Source: Verrucomicrobiota bacterium (lineage in GTDB: Bacteria; Verrucomicrobiota; Verrucomicrobiia; Limisphaerales; J093). From it: 64,000 nucleotides of DNA. The stretch lies in the NCBI GenBank assembly GCA_022710935.1, contig JAKLFY010000010.1:19562-83561 (forward strand). Reading direction: 5' to 3'. Shown here piece after piece: positions 55,760 through 64,000 of this stretch. The position numbers were made by a program, and so were the translations under genes. The notes under the pieces were generated by a model. That model did not search any database. It saw nothing but the letters and a program-made list of their open reading frames with translations, and was not told the origin of the DNA. Within the stretch, counting starts at the first letter, position 1; each line of letters starts with the position of its first letter.

Positions 55760-55771
55760 CGAGGAAGCCTC

Positions 55772-57169
55772 ATGTTGAGCCGCCACACACGTCTTCGAAC
55801 ACAGCTCCAGATCGTGCTGGACGCGGTTCTTTTTGGGCTGAGCCTGTACCTGGCTCACCTGTTGCGCACGCATTGGCGCCTCGAGGTGTTCGGCGGGACC
55901 AAGGACATTCAGGGTCTCGAGTCCTATGTGTGGCTGTTTCCGCTCGTGATGGTCGGCGGGCCGTTCCTGCTCAGGTCGATCGGTTTCTACAACCGTCCGT
56001 TCCTGCCGTCGCGCCGGCTTACGGCGTGGCAGTTGATCAAGGGCTGCGTGTACGCAACCATCGGGCTGATCATCGTGATCTTCGTGGTGCGGCAGGGGGG
56101 CGAGATTGGGCGCTCGGTGATCATTCTCTTCGGGCTGATCAGTTTCGGGGTGATCTCGGTCAAGGAGGAGGTCGTTTTGCAGTGGCGCACGGGGCGTTTG
56201 GGGGGCGCCCCGCTCGAGATGCGGCTGATCCTGGTGGGAACGACCGAAGACACGGCGCGCCTGCGGCAGGACCTCTCGCGGAGTCAGCGCGAGGAGCTGA
56301 ACATTGTGGCGCAATTAAGCATCAACGAACGCCCCGTGAGCGACCTGGTCGAGCTCATGCACGTGCATTCGGCCAACGGCGTGGTCCTCACGGCCAAGCA
56401 CACCTACCTGGGTCAAATCGAGCAGGCGATCGAGTTGTGCGAGCGCGAAGGGGTCGAGGTCTGGTTGCTTGCGGACTTTTTCAAGACCCAGATTTCCCGC
56501 ACGGGTGTGGATGATTTCTACGGTCGTCCGATGCTTGTCTTCCGGTCCGGACCCGACACCTCCTGGCCCCTGGCGGTCAAGAGGCTCATCGATTTCTGGG
56601 GGTCGCTCCTGCTCCTGGTCCTGCTGGGACCCCTGATGCTCCTGGTCGGCCTGATCATCAAGCTCGGGTCCCCGGGCCCCGCCCTGTTTCGACAGCAGCG
56701 CAGCGGGCTCAACGGGCGGCCGTTCACGATGCTGAAATTCCGATCGATGGTGACCGACGCCGAGCAGCGCAAGCAGGAACTGGCGTTGCTCAACGAAATG
56801 AGCGGTCCGGTCTTCAAGGTCACGAATGACCCCCGCGTCACACCGGTGGGGCGTTTCATCCGCAAGTGGAGCATCGACGAACTGCCGCAGCTCATCAACG
56901 TGCTGCGGGGCGAGATGAGCCTGGTGGGCCCGCGCCCCCTGCCGGTCGCCGAAGTCGCCCGGTTCGACGACCTGGCCCACCGGCGGCGCCTGAGCGTGCG
57001 GCCGGGGCTCACGTGTCTTTGGCAGGTCAACGGGCGCAACGAGGTTCGGGATTTCCGGGATTGGGTGCGGCTCGATCTCGAGTATATCGACAACTGGTCG
57101 CTCTGGCTGGACCTCAAGATTCTGCTTCGGACCATACCCGCGGTTCTGACCGCCGCGGGGGCAAAATGA
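55772..57169 (+). CDS. Exopolysaccharide polyprenyl-phosphate glycosylphosphotransferase (bacterial sugar transferase, EpsB/WbaP-like)
   Basis: N-terminal TM helices plus a C-terminal sugar-transferase domain: KRLIDFWGSLLLLVLLGPLML...GRPFTMLKFRSM...GPVFKVTNDPRVTPVGRFIRKWSIDELPQLINVLRGEMSLVGPRP. A GAGGAAG RBS lies before the ATG. Confidence 0.88.
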   Translation: MLSRHTRLRTQLQIVLDAVLFGLSLYLAHLLRTHWRLEVFGGTKDIQGLESYVWLFPLVMVGGPFLLRSIGFYNRPFLPSRRLTAWQLIKGCVYATIGLIIVIFVVRQGGEIGRSVIILFGLISFGVISVKEEVVLQWRTGRLGGAPLEMRLILVGTTEDTARLRQDLSRSQREELNIVAQLSINERPVSDLVELMHVHSANGVVLTAKHTYLGQIEQAIELCEREGVEVWLLADFFKTQISRTGVDDFYGRPMLVFRSGPDTSWPLAVKRLIDFWGSLLLLVLLGPLMLLVGLIIKLGSPGPALFRQQRSGLNGRPFTMLKFRSMVTDAEQRKQELALLNEMSGPVFKVTNDPRVTPVGRFIRKWSIDELPQLINVLRGEMSLVGPRPLPVAEVARFDDLAHRRRLSVRPGLTCLWQVNGRNEVRDFRDWVRLDLEYIDNWSLWLDLKILLRTIPAVLTAAGAK

Positions 57170-57297
57170 CCTTGAGAACGACTTTTGTGTTTGACCGGCT
57201 TGATCATTTCCAGTAACCACAGCGCGCTTTCTCGGTTTTGGCCCGATACTGGCTATCATAAACCCGGAATCGTTGGAACCATGATCGACGGAATCAC

Positions 57298-59193
57298 ATG
57301 TTAGGTGCGAAATCATTCCTCTGTATCGATTTCGGCGCAGGCAGCCTGAAGCTGGCCGAATTCGATGTGGGTGACTCCGGCGCTCTGCGCCTGGTCCGGT
57401 ATGCCCTCAAGCCGCTCGGGTTGGCCGGCGCTCAGGACGCCGCGCGCGAAGGTGTCGTGCTGCGCGGCCTCCAGGAGCTGTTGTCCGACAAGTCGATCGC
57501 GGCCCGGACCTGCAACGTCTGCGCCCCGGGCTTCCACGTCTTTTCGAAGTTCGTCAAGCTGCCCCCTGTCGATTCGTCCAAGATCGGCCAAATCATCCAG
57601 TACGAGGCCCAGCAGAACGTCCCCTTCCCGCTCGAAGAGGTGGTCTGGGATTACCAGATCCTGGGCACATTGCCCTCGGGCGAACTCGAAGTGCTCCTGG
57701 TCGCCATCAAGTCCGACGTCGTCGAGTCCCTCTTCCGGTCGGCGGAAGGGGTGGGTCTGCGGCTCGAACTGGTGGATGCGTCGCCGGCGGCCTTGTGCAA
57801 CGCCTTCCGCTACAACTACGGCGACCTGGAAGGGTGCTCGATGCTGCTGGACATCGGGGCAAAGACCAGCAACGTGCTGTTCTTCGACAAGGGCAAGGTC
57901 TTCTCCCGAAGCATCAACATCGGCGCCAACTCGATCACACAGGAGTTTGCGGCCGAAGCCAAGCTCCCGTTCGTCGAGGCGGAGAAACTGAAGATCGCGG
58001 AAGGGTTTGTCAGCCTGGGTGGCGCGTACGAGGAGCCCGACAACCCGCGGCAGGCTGCCATTTCGAAGATCGCCCGGCAGGTGATGACCCGGCTTCACAT
58101 CCAGGTCAATCAGACGATCCAGTTCTTCCGCAGCCAGCAGGGCGGAACGGCCCCTCAGCGGGTCTACCTGGCAGGCGGCGCGTCGATCATGCCCTACACG
58201 CGCGAGTTCTTTCAGGAAAAGCTCAACATCACCGTCGAGTATTTCAACCCCTTCCGCAACATCGAGATCGATCCGGGCGTCAACCTCGAGGAGTTGGCCA
58301 AGGTCGCGCATGCCTACGGCGAGGTGGTCGGACTCGGATTGCGCAATCCGACCCAGTGTCCCGTCGAGCTCAATCTCATCCCCAAGAGCATTCTCAAGCG
58401 CCAGGAACTCAACCAGAAGAAGCCGTATTTCATCGCCGCCGCCGCCAGTCTGATCCTCGTCGTCTTCATCTTTGGCTGGTTTTTCGACAAGCTGGCCAAG
58501 GAAAAACAGGGGGCCATCGATGCCCGCGCCCCGAAAGTCGAGGGGCTGCGGATGAAGAAGCAGGCCCTCGACACGGCAATCGCGAGCAAGGACAAGTCGT
58601 TCAAGGAGGCCGAGCAGTATGCCGAGTGGATGTCGGAACGCTTCCGCTGGGCGGATATCATGACCGCTTTGGACCAGGCGCTCCGGAACACTGAGAACAG
58701 CACCCGCCGTCCCAACATGCGCACGGCGGTTTGGATCGAGAAGATGGCGGCCGAGAACGCGGAGGTTCCCGAAGCGGAGGCCCAGGAAGAAGATGAGAAT
58801 CGCCCCCGCCCCATGATGGACATTCGCATGCTGATGCGCTACGGGTTGTTGCCGAGGGGTTTGAAGCTGACGACCGAAGGCGGGGAGAAGATGGATATCG
58901 CGTCCGCCCTTGCCTCGGCCCAGCGGGGAGGCGCTGAGACCCAGACCAAACAGGCATCGACCAACGAGATTTCGGTGATCAATCTGACCTGTCGCGGACT
59001 GAGCTGGAACAAGTTGTTTGCGACCGCTGACAACGAGCTGGCCTACACACTGCTCAGGGAGTTGGAGGCCAACTCGCAGTTCATGGCCGGGACCAACGGG
59101 ACGCAATTGGCTGGGCAGATGGAACAGGACGAGACCACCAGCACGTTCAAGTTCGACGTCAAACTGAAGCTCGCGAAGCCCATCAGATTCTAA
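57298..59193 (+). CDS. PilM-like actin-fold ATPase fused to a PilN-like TM/periplasmic segment (Amuc_1101-like)
   Basis: Actin-fold motifs FLCIDFGAGSLKLA, LLDIGAKTSNVLF and YLAGGAS. After about 355 aa comes LNLIPKSILKRQELNQKKPYFIAAAASLILVVFIFGWFF (PilN-type TM), then coiled-coil and acidic regions. Confidence 0.8.
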   Translation: MLGAKSFLCIDFGAGSLKLAEFDVGDSGALRLVRYALKPLGLAGAQDAAREGVVLRGLQELLSDKSIAARTCNVCAPGFHVFSKFVKLPPVDSSKIGQIIQYEAQQNVPFPLEEVVWDYQILGTLPSGELEVLLVAIKSDVVESLFRSAEGVGLRLELVDASPAALCNAFRYNYGDLEGCSMLLDIGAKTSNVLFFDKGKVFSRSINIGANSITQEFAAEAKLPFVEAEKLKIAEGFVSLGGAYEEPDNPRQAAISKIARQVMTRLHIQVNQTIQFFRSQQGGTAPQRVYLAGGASIMPYTREFFQEKLNITVEYFNPFRNIEIDPGVNLEELAKVAHAYGEVVGLGLRNPTQCPVELNLIPKSILKRQELNQKKPYFIAAAASLILVVFIFGWFFDKLAKEKQGAIDARAPKVEGLRMKKQALDTAIASKDKSFKEAEQYAEWMSERFRWADIMTALDQALRNTENSTRRPNMRTAVWIEKMAAENAEVPEAEAQEEDENRPRPMMDIRMLMRYGLLPRGLKLTTEGGEKMDIASALASAQRGGAETQTKQASTNEISVINLTCRGLSWNKLFATADNELAYTLLRELEANSQFMAGTNGTQLAGQMEQDETTSTFKFDVKLKLAKPIRF

Positions 59194-59194
59194 T

Positions 59195-60325
59195 ATGGAC
59201 TGGGTCAAGAAGAACTTGCTGCTGGTCGTGAGTGGGGCCGTCACGCTCGTGCTCCTGGGCGTTGCGGGGTACTTCCTCTGGTCGAAGCACACGCTCGAGG
59301 CGCGGGTCACCGAGGACCTTGCGACGCAGACCAGTGAGTTGAACCAGTTGTCCAACTCGGATCCCCACCCCGGAAACGAGAAAGTCAAGAACATCGAAGC
59401 CGCCAAGGAGCAGGACAAGAAGCTCCAGGAATTCGTGGCCGAGGCCCGAAAGACCTTCGTCCCCATCGAGTATCCGACCAATCTCGACAGCGGCCAGTTG
59501 AAGCTCCTGCTCGATACCGTCATCGATGAATTGCACCGGAAGGCGGACGGCATGGGTGTGAAGCTGCAGTCAGATCCGAAATACGCGTTCACGTTCGGCG
59601 CGCAGCGCACACAGATGTACTTCGACCAGAAGGACATACTGCCGACCGCCCGCATGATGGTCGACATCAAGACGATCGCCACGATGCTCTTCGACGCCCG
59701 CGTCCTCGCTCTCGATGGGATTCGCCGTTGCACGGTCAGCAGCCTGGACACGCCCGGCGCGGAGTTCTGGAACAAGAAGCCGACCACCAACGACACGTAC
59801 GGTGCAGTGCTGACCCCGTACGAGTTCACCTTCCATTGCTTCACTCCCGAGCTCAACCGCGTGGTCGAAAGCCTCTACCGCAGTCCACACGCCTTTCTGC
59901 TCAAGAGTGTCGTCGTGGACACCTCGCCCTCCCAATTGCTCGAGAGGCCGGCCGACGGCTCAGCCGAGCCGATGGGTCCCATGATGATGCCCGGCATGAA
60001 CATGGCGCAACTGCAGATGATGTTGCGATACGGGGGGCGCGGCGCCATGCGCTATGCCACTCCGCCACCCCAGGAGGTGCCCCCGCCCACAGCCCGCGGC
60101 GGTCTGACTCCCCTGCTCGACGAGAAGCCGTTCCGCGCCGTGCTCTGGGTTGAGTCGGTTCGTCTTTTGGATCCCGAGGAAATCAAGGCAGCAAAGGCGG
60201 CCGCGCGCACGAGCCGGCCCGTCCGCGCCGTGACTCCCGAAGGGGGAGAGCCGGGCGCGGATCCGACCGCAACCGGGGGCGAGACCCCCGCCGAACCCGC
60301 TCCGGACGCTCCCCCCGTTCCCTAG
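59195..60325 (+). CDS. Pilus-system membrane protein, Amuc_1100-like / PilO-position (tentative)
   Basis: N-terminal TM helix (LLLVVSGAVTLVLLGVAGYFLW), a coiled-coil, a globular domain and a Pro/Ala-rich tail. Its position between the pilM-like and secretin genes matches the Akkermansia Amuc_1101-1100-1099-1098 order. Similarity was judged by architecture only. Confidence 0.45.
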   Translation: MDWVKKNLLLVVSGAVTLVLLGVAGYFLWSKHTLEARVTEDLATQTSELNQLSNSDPHPGNEKVKNIEAAKEQDKKLQEFVAEARKTFVPIEYPTNLDSGQLKLLLDTVIDELHRKADGMGVKLQSDPKYAFTFGAQRTQMYFDQKDILPTARMMVDIKTIATMLFDARVLALDGIRRCTVSSLDTPGAEFWNKKPTTNDTYGAVLTPYEFTFHCFTPELNRVVESLYRSPHAFLLKSVVVDTSPSQLLERPADGSAEPMGPMMMPGMNMAQLQMMLRYGGRGAMRYATPPPQEVPPPTARGGLTPLLDEKPFRAVLWVESVRLLDPEEIKAAKAAARTSRPVRAVTPEGGEPGADPTATGGETPAEPAPDAPPVP

Positions 60326-60337
60326 CCGCATTCCGCC

Positions 60338-61129
60338 ATGGAGTTTCTTAAGAAGCATTACGAGAAGCTGATTCTCAGCGTGGTGTTGCTGGGAATGGCC
60401 ATCGCCGCCGCGCTCCTGCCTCTCAAGGTCAGCCAGGTCCGGCAAGAACTCCAGCAGGCGACCCTCAATATCGAACGCGCCCGCATCAAGCCCCTCCCGG
60501 AGTTGGACCTCTCGACGAACAACGCCCTGTTGCGACGGGTCCGGACCCCGGGCCGGCTGACCCTCGATGCCCCCGGCCACAACCTTTTCAACCCCATCCA
60601 GTGGAAGAAGAAGCCGGACGGCACCCCGGTGCCCAGCGAACAGTTCGGTTTGAGCGCCCTCGCGGTGACGAACATCACGCCGCTCTATCTGAGAATCCAG
60701 TTCCGGGGCGTGCGCGACTACGGCAGCGACGTTCGCTACGACTTCATGATCACACGCGAGGCCGCCACCAACAACGCGGCGCGCGGCCCATTGCCCAACA
60801 CGCTGGCCGTGGGCGCCAGAACCGACCTCTTTACCGTCAAGGACGTGGATGGACCGAAGGAGAATCCGCAGGGGATCATTCTCGAACTGGCCGACTCGCG
60901 GCAGCCGGTGGTCGTGACGCGCGACAAACCATACACCGAGGTGCAGGGTCACACGGCCGATTTCTGGCACAAAACCGAGAATAAGGTCTTCCTCCGACAG
61001 CGCCAGGGACAGAAGATTTCCTTTGGCGGTGAAACCTACAATATTATTGCCATCAGCGAAAGCGACGTTACACTCCGAGACAGCCGGACTCAAAAGCAGA
61101 CAACCATCAGTCTTACAGCGGCGCCGTAG
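60338..61129 (+). CDS. Pilus-system membrane protein, Amuc_1099-like / PilP-position (tentative)
   Basis: N-terminal TM helix (LILSVVLLGMAIAAALLPL) and a beta-rich C-terminal domain. The call is based on position. Confidence 0.4.
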   Translation: MEFLKKHYEKLILSVVLLGMAIAAALLPLKVSQVRQELQQATLNIERARIKPLPELDLSTNNALLRRVRTPGRLTLDAPGHNLFNPIQWKKKPDGTPVPSEQFGLSALAVTNITPLYLRIQFRGVRDYGSDVRYDFMITREAATNNAARGPLPNTLAVGARTDLFTVKDVDGPKENPQGIILELADSRQPVVVTRDKPYTEVQGHTADFWHKTENKVFLRQRQGQKISFGGETYNIIAISESDVTLRDSRTQKQTTISLTAAP

Positions 61130-61142
61130 GTAATGCGACTTT

Positions 61143-63584
61143 ATGTTCCCTGTCCCAACTGAAGACAAATCCATGATCCGTTCAGCTTTTACCCTCCTCA
61201 CCCTCGCGCTGCTGGTTGGCAGCGCGCATTCCGCGTTCGCTCAAGTCGCTCCGGCGGATCCCGTCACGGAGGAGGCGGTGCGAAGGCAGGAAATGAGCAT
61301 CATTCTCCGCAAGACGCTGGCCGACGCCCAAGCCGAGCAGAAGCTCGGCGACTACGGAACCGCGGCCAAGCTTTATGAGGAGGCCTGGGGCTACGTCCGG
61401 AACATCGGCGAGACGGTTATCGAAAAGGAGTATCGGGAGACGGTCCAGGGTTTCAGCCACGTCTACCTCGAACTCGCGAAAAAATCCTATTCCCGCGGAC
61501 AATACAACGAAGCCAAGAGCCAGGTCTCCCGCGTGCTGCGGGTCGATCCCAAGAACCGCGACGCCCTGAACCTCGCCGCGAGTGTTGACAAGGCCCTCAA
61601 GGCGCAGGAAGGGCGCGTCCCGAGCAAGGAGACGCAGGCGCTTTTGTCGGAAGTGCAGAGTGAAAAGACGACCGCCGCAACCCTGGTGCAGGACGGCAAG
61701 TTGCTCTATGAAATGGGGAGGCTTGAAGAGGCCGCGGACAAGTTGCGGGAGGCCGTCAAACTCGATCCGCAGAACCAGGGGGCGTTCTACTACGCGCGGC
61801 TGGTCGAGGAGGCCGTGTATTCAATCGAGGCGCGCAAGCGGGAGGCGATGGCGAAGTGGAAGATGGTCGAGGTCGAGCGCGCATGGAATCCGCCCTTGAA
61901 GTGGGGCAACATCACGAATACCACAAACCCCTTCGCCCGCACGAACACGATCTATACCGGGGCCGGTCGGCGCGTCATCTTCAATAAGCTCGAAAAGATC
62001 CGGTTCAATCAATACCCCGTCAGCGGCGATATGCCGGGCGTCCCGTTGAGCGTGGTGGTGAAGGACCTGGACGAGGAGGTGAAGCAGCGCGATCCCGACA
62101 AGAAAGGCCTCAACTTCATCCTGGCTCCATACGTGGACATTCAGACCGCTTCGGCCCTCCCGATGATGCCCGGCCAGATCGATCCCATGACCGGCCAGCC
62201 GATCGGCACGGCTCCCCAGCAGGAACAGTTCGACCTGGGTTCGGATGTGTTGATCAAGATCGAGCCTCCCTTGAAGGACGTCCGGTTGATGGACGTGCTC
62301 GATACGATCATCAAAGTGTCGAACAAGCAGATCAAGTACTCGGTTGAAGACTACGCCATCGTGTTCACGCGCAAGATTCCCGAGCAGGAACAGCTCTTCA
62401 CCCGCCAGTTCCGCGTGAACCCCAACACGTTCGTGCAGGGCCTCGAAGGCGTGATCGGTGAGCAGTTCGTCGGGGCGTCCATCAGTTCCGATTCCAGCGG
62501 CACGGGAACAACCGGCGGCGGCGGAATGATGGGCGGCATGAGCGGTGGGATGAGCGGCGGCTACGGTGGTGGTGGCGGTTACATGATCCCGCGCGTCGAC
62601 GTCACCGGCTATGGCGGTATGAGCGGCATGGGCGGCATGGGGGGCATGGGCGGCATGGGCGGCGGCATGATGGGCGGCAGTGGGGGCATGGGCGGCGGAA
62701 TGATGGGGGGCATGGGCGGCGGAATGATGGGCGGCATGGGCGGCGGCTCGCCAATGGGCTATATGTCCACCGGCGGCTCGCTGATGGGTGTCAACCGCAT
62801 GACCGACATGTCCGTGGTCAACCAGATGGTGGTCGCCTATTTCAGCGCCGCGGGCGTGAACCTCGGCGGCTCGAACCTGCTGGCTGGTGGCGGAATGATG
62901 GGCGGCATGGGCGGCGGGTTCACCGGAGGCGGCTTCCAGAACTCGGCGGGCAAGTCGGTCTTTTACAATGACCGCCTCGGGCTCCTGCTGGTGCGCGCCA
63001 CGCTCCAGGATCTCGACATCATCGAGGCGGCTATCCAGGTCCTCAACCTCACGCCCGACCAGATCACGATCGAGGCGAAGTTTGTCGAGATTGGGCAAGA
63101 CGATGCGAAGGCCCTCGGGTTTGATTGGCTGCTAGGTAATTTCTTGATGAGAGGAGGAGGCATTGGGCTTTCTGGCGGCACCTATCCCTCCGTCGCTGGC
63201 GAGCCGTCACAGGCCAACCCGTCCGGCGTCTTCCCAGGTGTTTTCGGAGTCCCATCGGCGCTCCCCAATTCAGGGACCGACCAGATTCTCACGCAGGGCC
63301 TGCGCAACAGTGATGCCGAAGGATCGCCCATACCGGCGATCGGCACCATCACAGGCATTCTGACCGATCCGCAATTCCGCGTCGTGATCCGGGCGCTCGA
63401 ACAGCGCTCCGGCGTCGATATGTTGGCGTCGCCCAAGGTGACGACCGTCAGTGGACGACAGGCCCAGATCCAGAGCGTCGATATTCGCCAGATTGTCACC
63501 GGGCTCGACGTTGGAACCAGCGGCGCGGGTGGGGCGGTGAGCACATCAACCGGCACAACCGGCACGACCGGCACAGTTCAGTAG
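61143..63584 (+). CDS. Secretin, N-terminal part: TPR-like region, Gly/Met-rich tract, secretin-N domain and first half of the secretin domain
   Basis: Signal peptide (MIRSAFTLLTLALLVGSAHSAFAQ from the ATG at 61173 or 61143). Secretin-N-like NDRLGLLLVRATLQDLDIIEAAIQVLN and the secretin-domain start VDMLASPKVTTVSGRQAQIQS. The ORF ends at a TAG after (TGT)3VQ. Confidence 0.8.
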   Translation: MFPVPTEDKSMIRSAFTLLTLALLVGSAHSAFAQVAPADPVTEEAVRRQEMSIILRKTLADAQAEQKLGDYGTAAKLYEEAWGYVRNIGETVIEKEYRETVQGFSHVYLELAKKSYSRGQYNEAKSQVSRVLRVDPKNRDALNLAASVDKALKAQEGRVPSKETQALLSEVQSEKTTAATLVQDGKLLYEMGRLEEAADKLREAVKLDPQNQGAFYYARLVEEAVYSIEARKREAMAKWKMVEVERAWNPPLKWGNITNTTNPFARTNTIYTGAGRRVIFNKLEKIRFNQYPVSGDMPGVPLSVVVKDLDEEVKQRDPDKKGLNFILAPYVDIQTASALPMMPGQIDPMTGQPIGTAPQQEQFDLGSDVLIKIEPPLKDVRLMDVLDTIIKVSNKQIKYSVEDYAIVFTRKIPEQEQLFTRQFRVNPNTFVQGLEGVIGEQFVGASISSDSSGTGTTGGGGMMGGMSGGMSGGYGGGGGYMIPRVDVTGYGGMSGMGGMGGMGGMGGGMMGGSGGMGGGMMGGMGGGMMGGMGGGSPMGYMSTGGSLMGVNRMTDMSVVNQMVVAYFSAAGVNLGGSNLLAGGGMMGGMGGGFTGGGFQNSAGKSVFYNDRLGLLLVRATLQDLDIIEAAIQVLNLTPDQITIEAKFVEIGQDDAKALGFDWLLGNFLMRGGGIGLSGGTYPSVAGEPSQANPSGVFPGVFGVPSALPNSGTDQILTQGLRNSDAEGSPIPAIGTITGILTDPQFRVVIRALEQRSGVDMLASPKVTTVSGRQAQIQSVDIRQIVTGLDVGTSGAGGAVSTSTGTTGTTGTVQ

Positions 63585-63612
63585 CTCGATCCACACGAAT
63601 TCCTACACAGTT

Positions 63613-64000
63613 ATGCATACAAGGCACATTCTCTTCGCCGCCGTGGCGGTCTGCGGTTTGGGAGGTCTGTTGGTCGGGCGCGCCCAGGTGGTCAATCAGG
63701 CGGCCGCAGTCTCCCAAGTCCAACCCACCACTGTTCCTGTTCCCCTCGGGCCTACCCTGGACGTGCTGCCCCACGTCTCCGCCGATGGATACACGATTCA
63801 GATGAATCTGATCCCCACCATGACGGAGTTTCTGGGCTACGAGGAAACCGCCTACACCGCCCAGGTCGGCGACATCAACACCCTCCCCTATCCGCTGCCG
63901 TCCTTCCGGGTCCGGCAGGTGACAACCACGGCGATTGTCTGGGACGGCCAGACCATCATGCTCGGCGGGCTGATCAGCGAGAAGGTGAACAAGGTCAAGG
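63613..64000 (+). CDS. Secretin-domain C-terminal half as a separate ORF with its own signal peptide (partial, runs off the window)
   Basis: ATG at 63613 gives MHTRHILFAAVAVCGLGGLLVGRAQ. It continues ...PTLDVLPHVSADGYTIQMNLIPT...PSFRVRQVTTTAIVWDGQTIMLGGLISEK, matching the second half of the secretin domain (G.L.V.P.I..DG...L.I...; R.....V.V.DG.T.V.GGL). It is in a different frame from the upstream ORF. Confidence 0.7.
   Translation, partial: MHTRHILFAAVAVCGLGGLLVGRAQVVNQAAAVSQVQPTTVPVPLGPTLDVLPHVSADGYTIQMNLIPTMTEFLGYEETAYTAQVGDINTLPYPLPSFRVRQVTTTAIVWDGQTIMLGGLISEKVNKVK

Noticed and set aside
57313-63098. Long minus-strand ORFs 57313-59856, 59960-61201 and 61821-63098
   Set aside because: They are antisense to the pilM-like, pilus-membrane and secretin genes. 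The last is mostly H/A-rich because it reads the complement of the GGM-coding repeat.
63541-63615. Programmed +1 frameshift or TAG read-through joining the two secretin ORFs
   Set aside because: I saw no slippery heptamer. The joined product would place a hydrophobic signal-peptide-like helix inside the beta-barrel domain. I kept it only as an alternative explanation to test in the split-secretin finding.

Overview
This is a visibly GC-rich, densely coding chromosomal segment. Its protein families point to a Verrucomicrobiota-like bacterium: GloVer repeats, a PEP-CTERM/exosortase system, an Amuc_1098-1101-like pilus/secretin cluster, LTD-CotH, and FG-GAP/UnbV_ASPIC giants. About 40 genes are supported. 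They include housekeeping genes (pgm, purC, lysS, tatD, threonine dehydratase, RNase HIII, polyprenyl synthase, an ECF sigma factor, tRNA-Lys), glycogen-related genes (a GH13+GDE fusion and a stand-alone CBM48), and an acetate/acyl-CoA pair (ADP-forming acetyl-CoA synthetase plus a CoA-transferase-GNAT fusion). Many of the remaining genes encode secreted or surface proteins. I saw no transposase, integrase, CRISPR array, rRNA, or recognisable phage or defence gene. The most interesting observations are these. (1) A translationally coupled operon encodes a membrane protein, PadR, and a [DUF1700/HAAS-like N-terminus - polytopic TM - VIT - vWA - PEP-CTERM] protein. A PadR-type palindrome sits on its promoter, making this a candidate exosortase-linked transmembrane signalling module. 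(2) An exosortase-EpsI-priming glycosyltransferase block abuts a type IV pilus-like cluster. Its secretin is split mid-domain into two ORFs, the second with its own signal peptide, and it carries a GroEL-tail-like Gly-Gly-Met tract. (3) In an ASPIC / lectin-Ig-PA14 giant / ASPIC locus, an imperfect CGYTCAA heptamer array sits in frame at the same loop of both paralogues. The same array is otherwise a module of intergenic composite repeats. (4) Several intergenic hairpin and MITE-like repeat families occur, one with compensatory stem substitutions. The long antisense ORFs in the track are GC-driven shadows. All family assignments come from motif recognition by eye and need HMM/BLAST confirmation.
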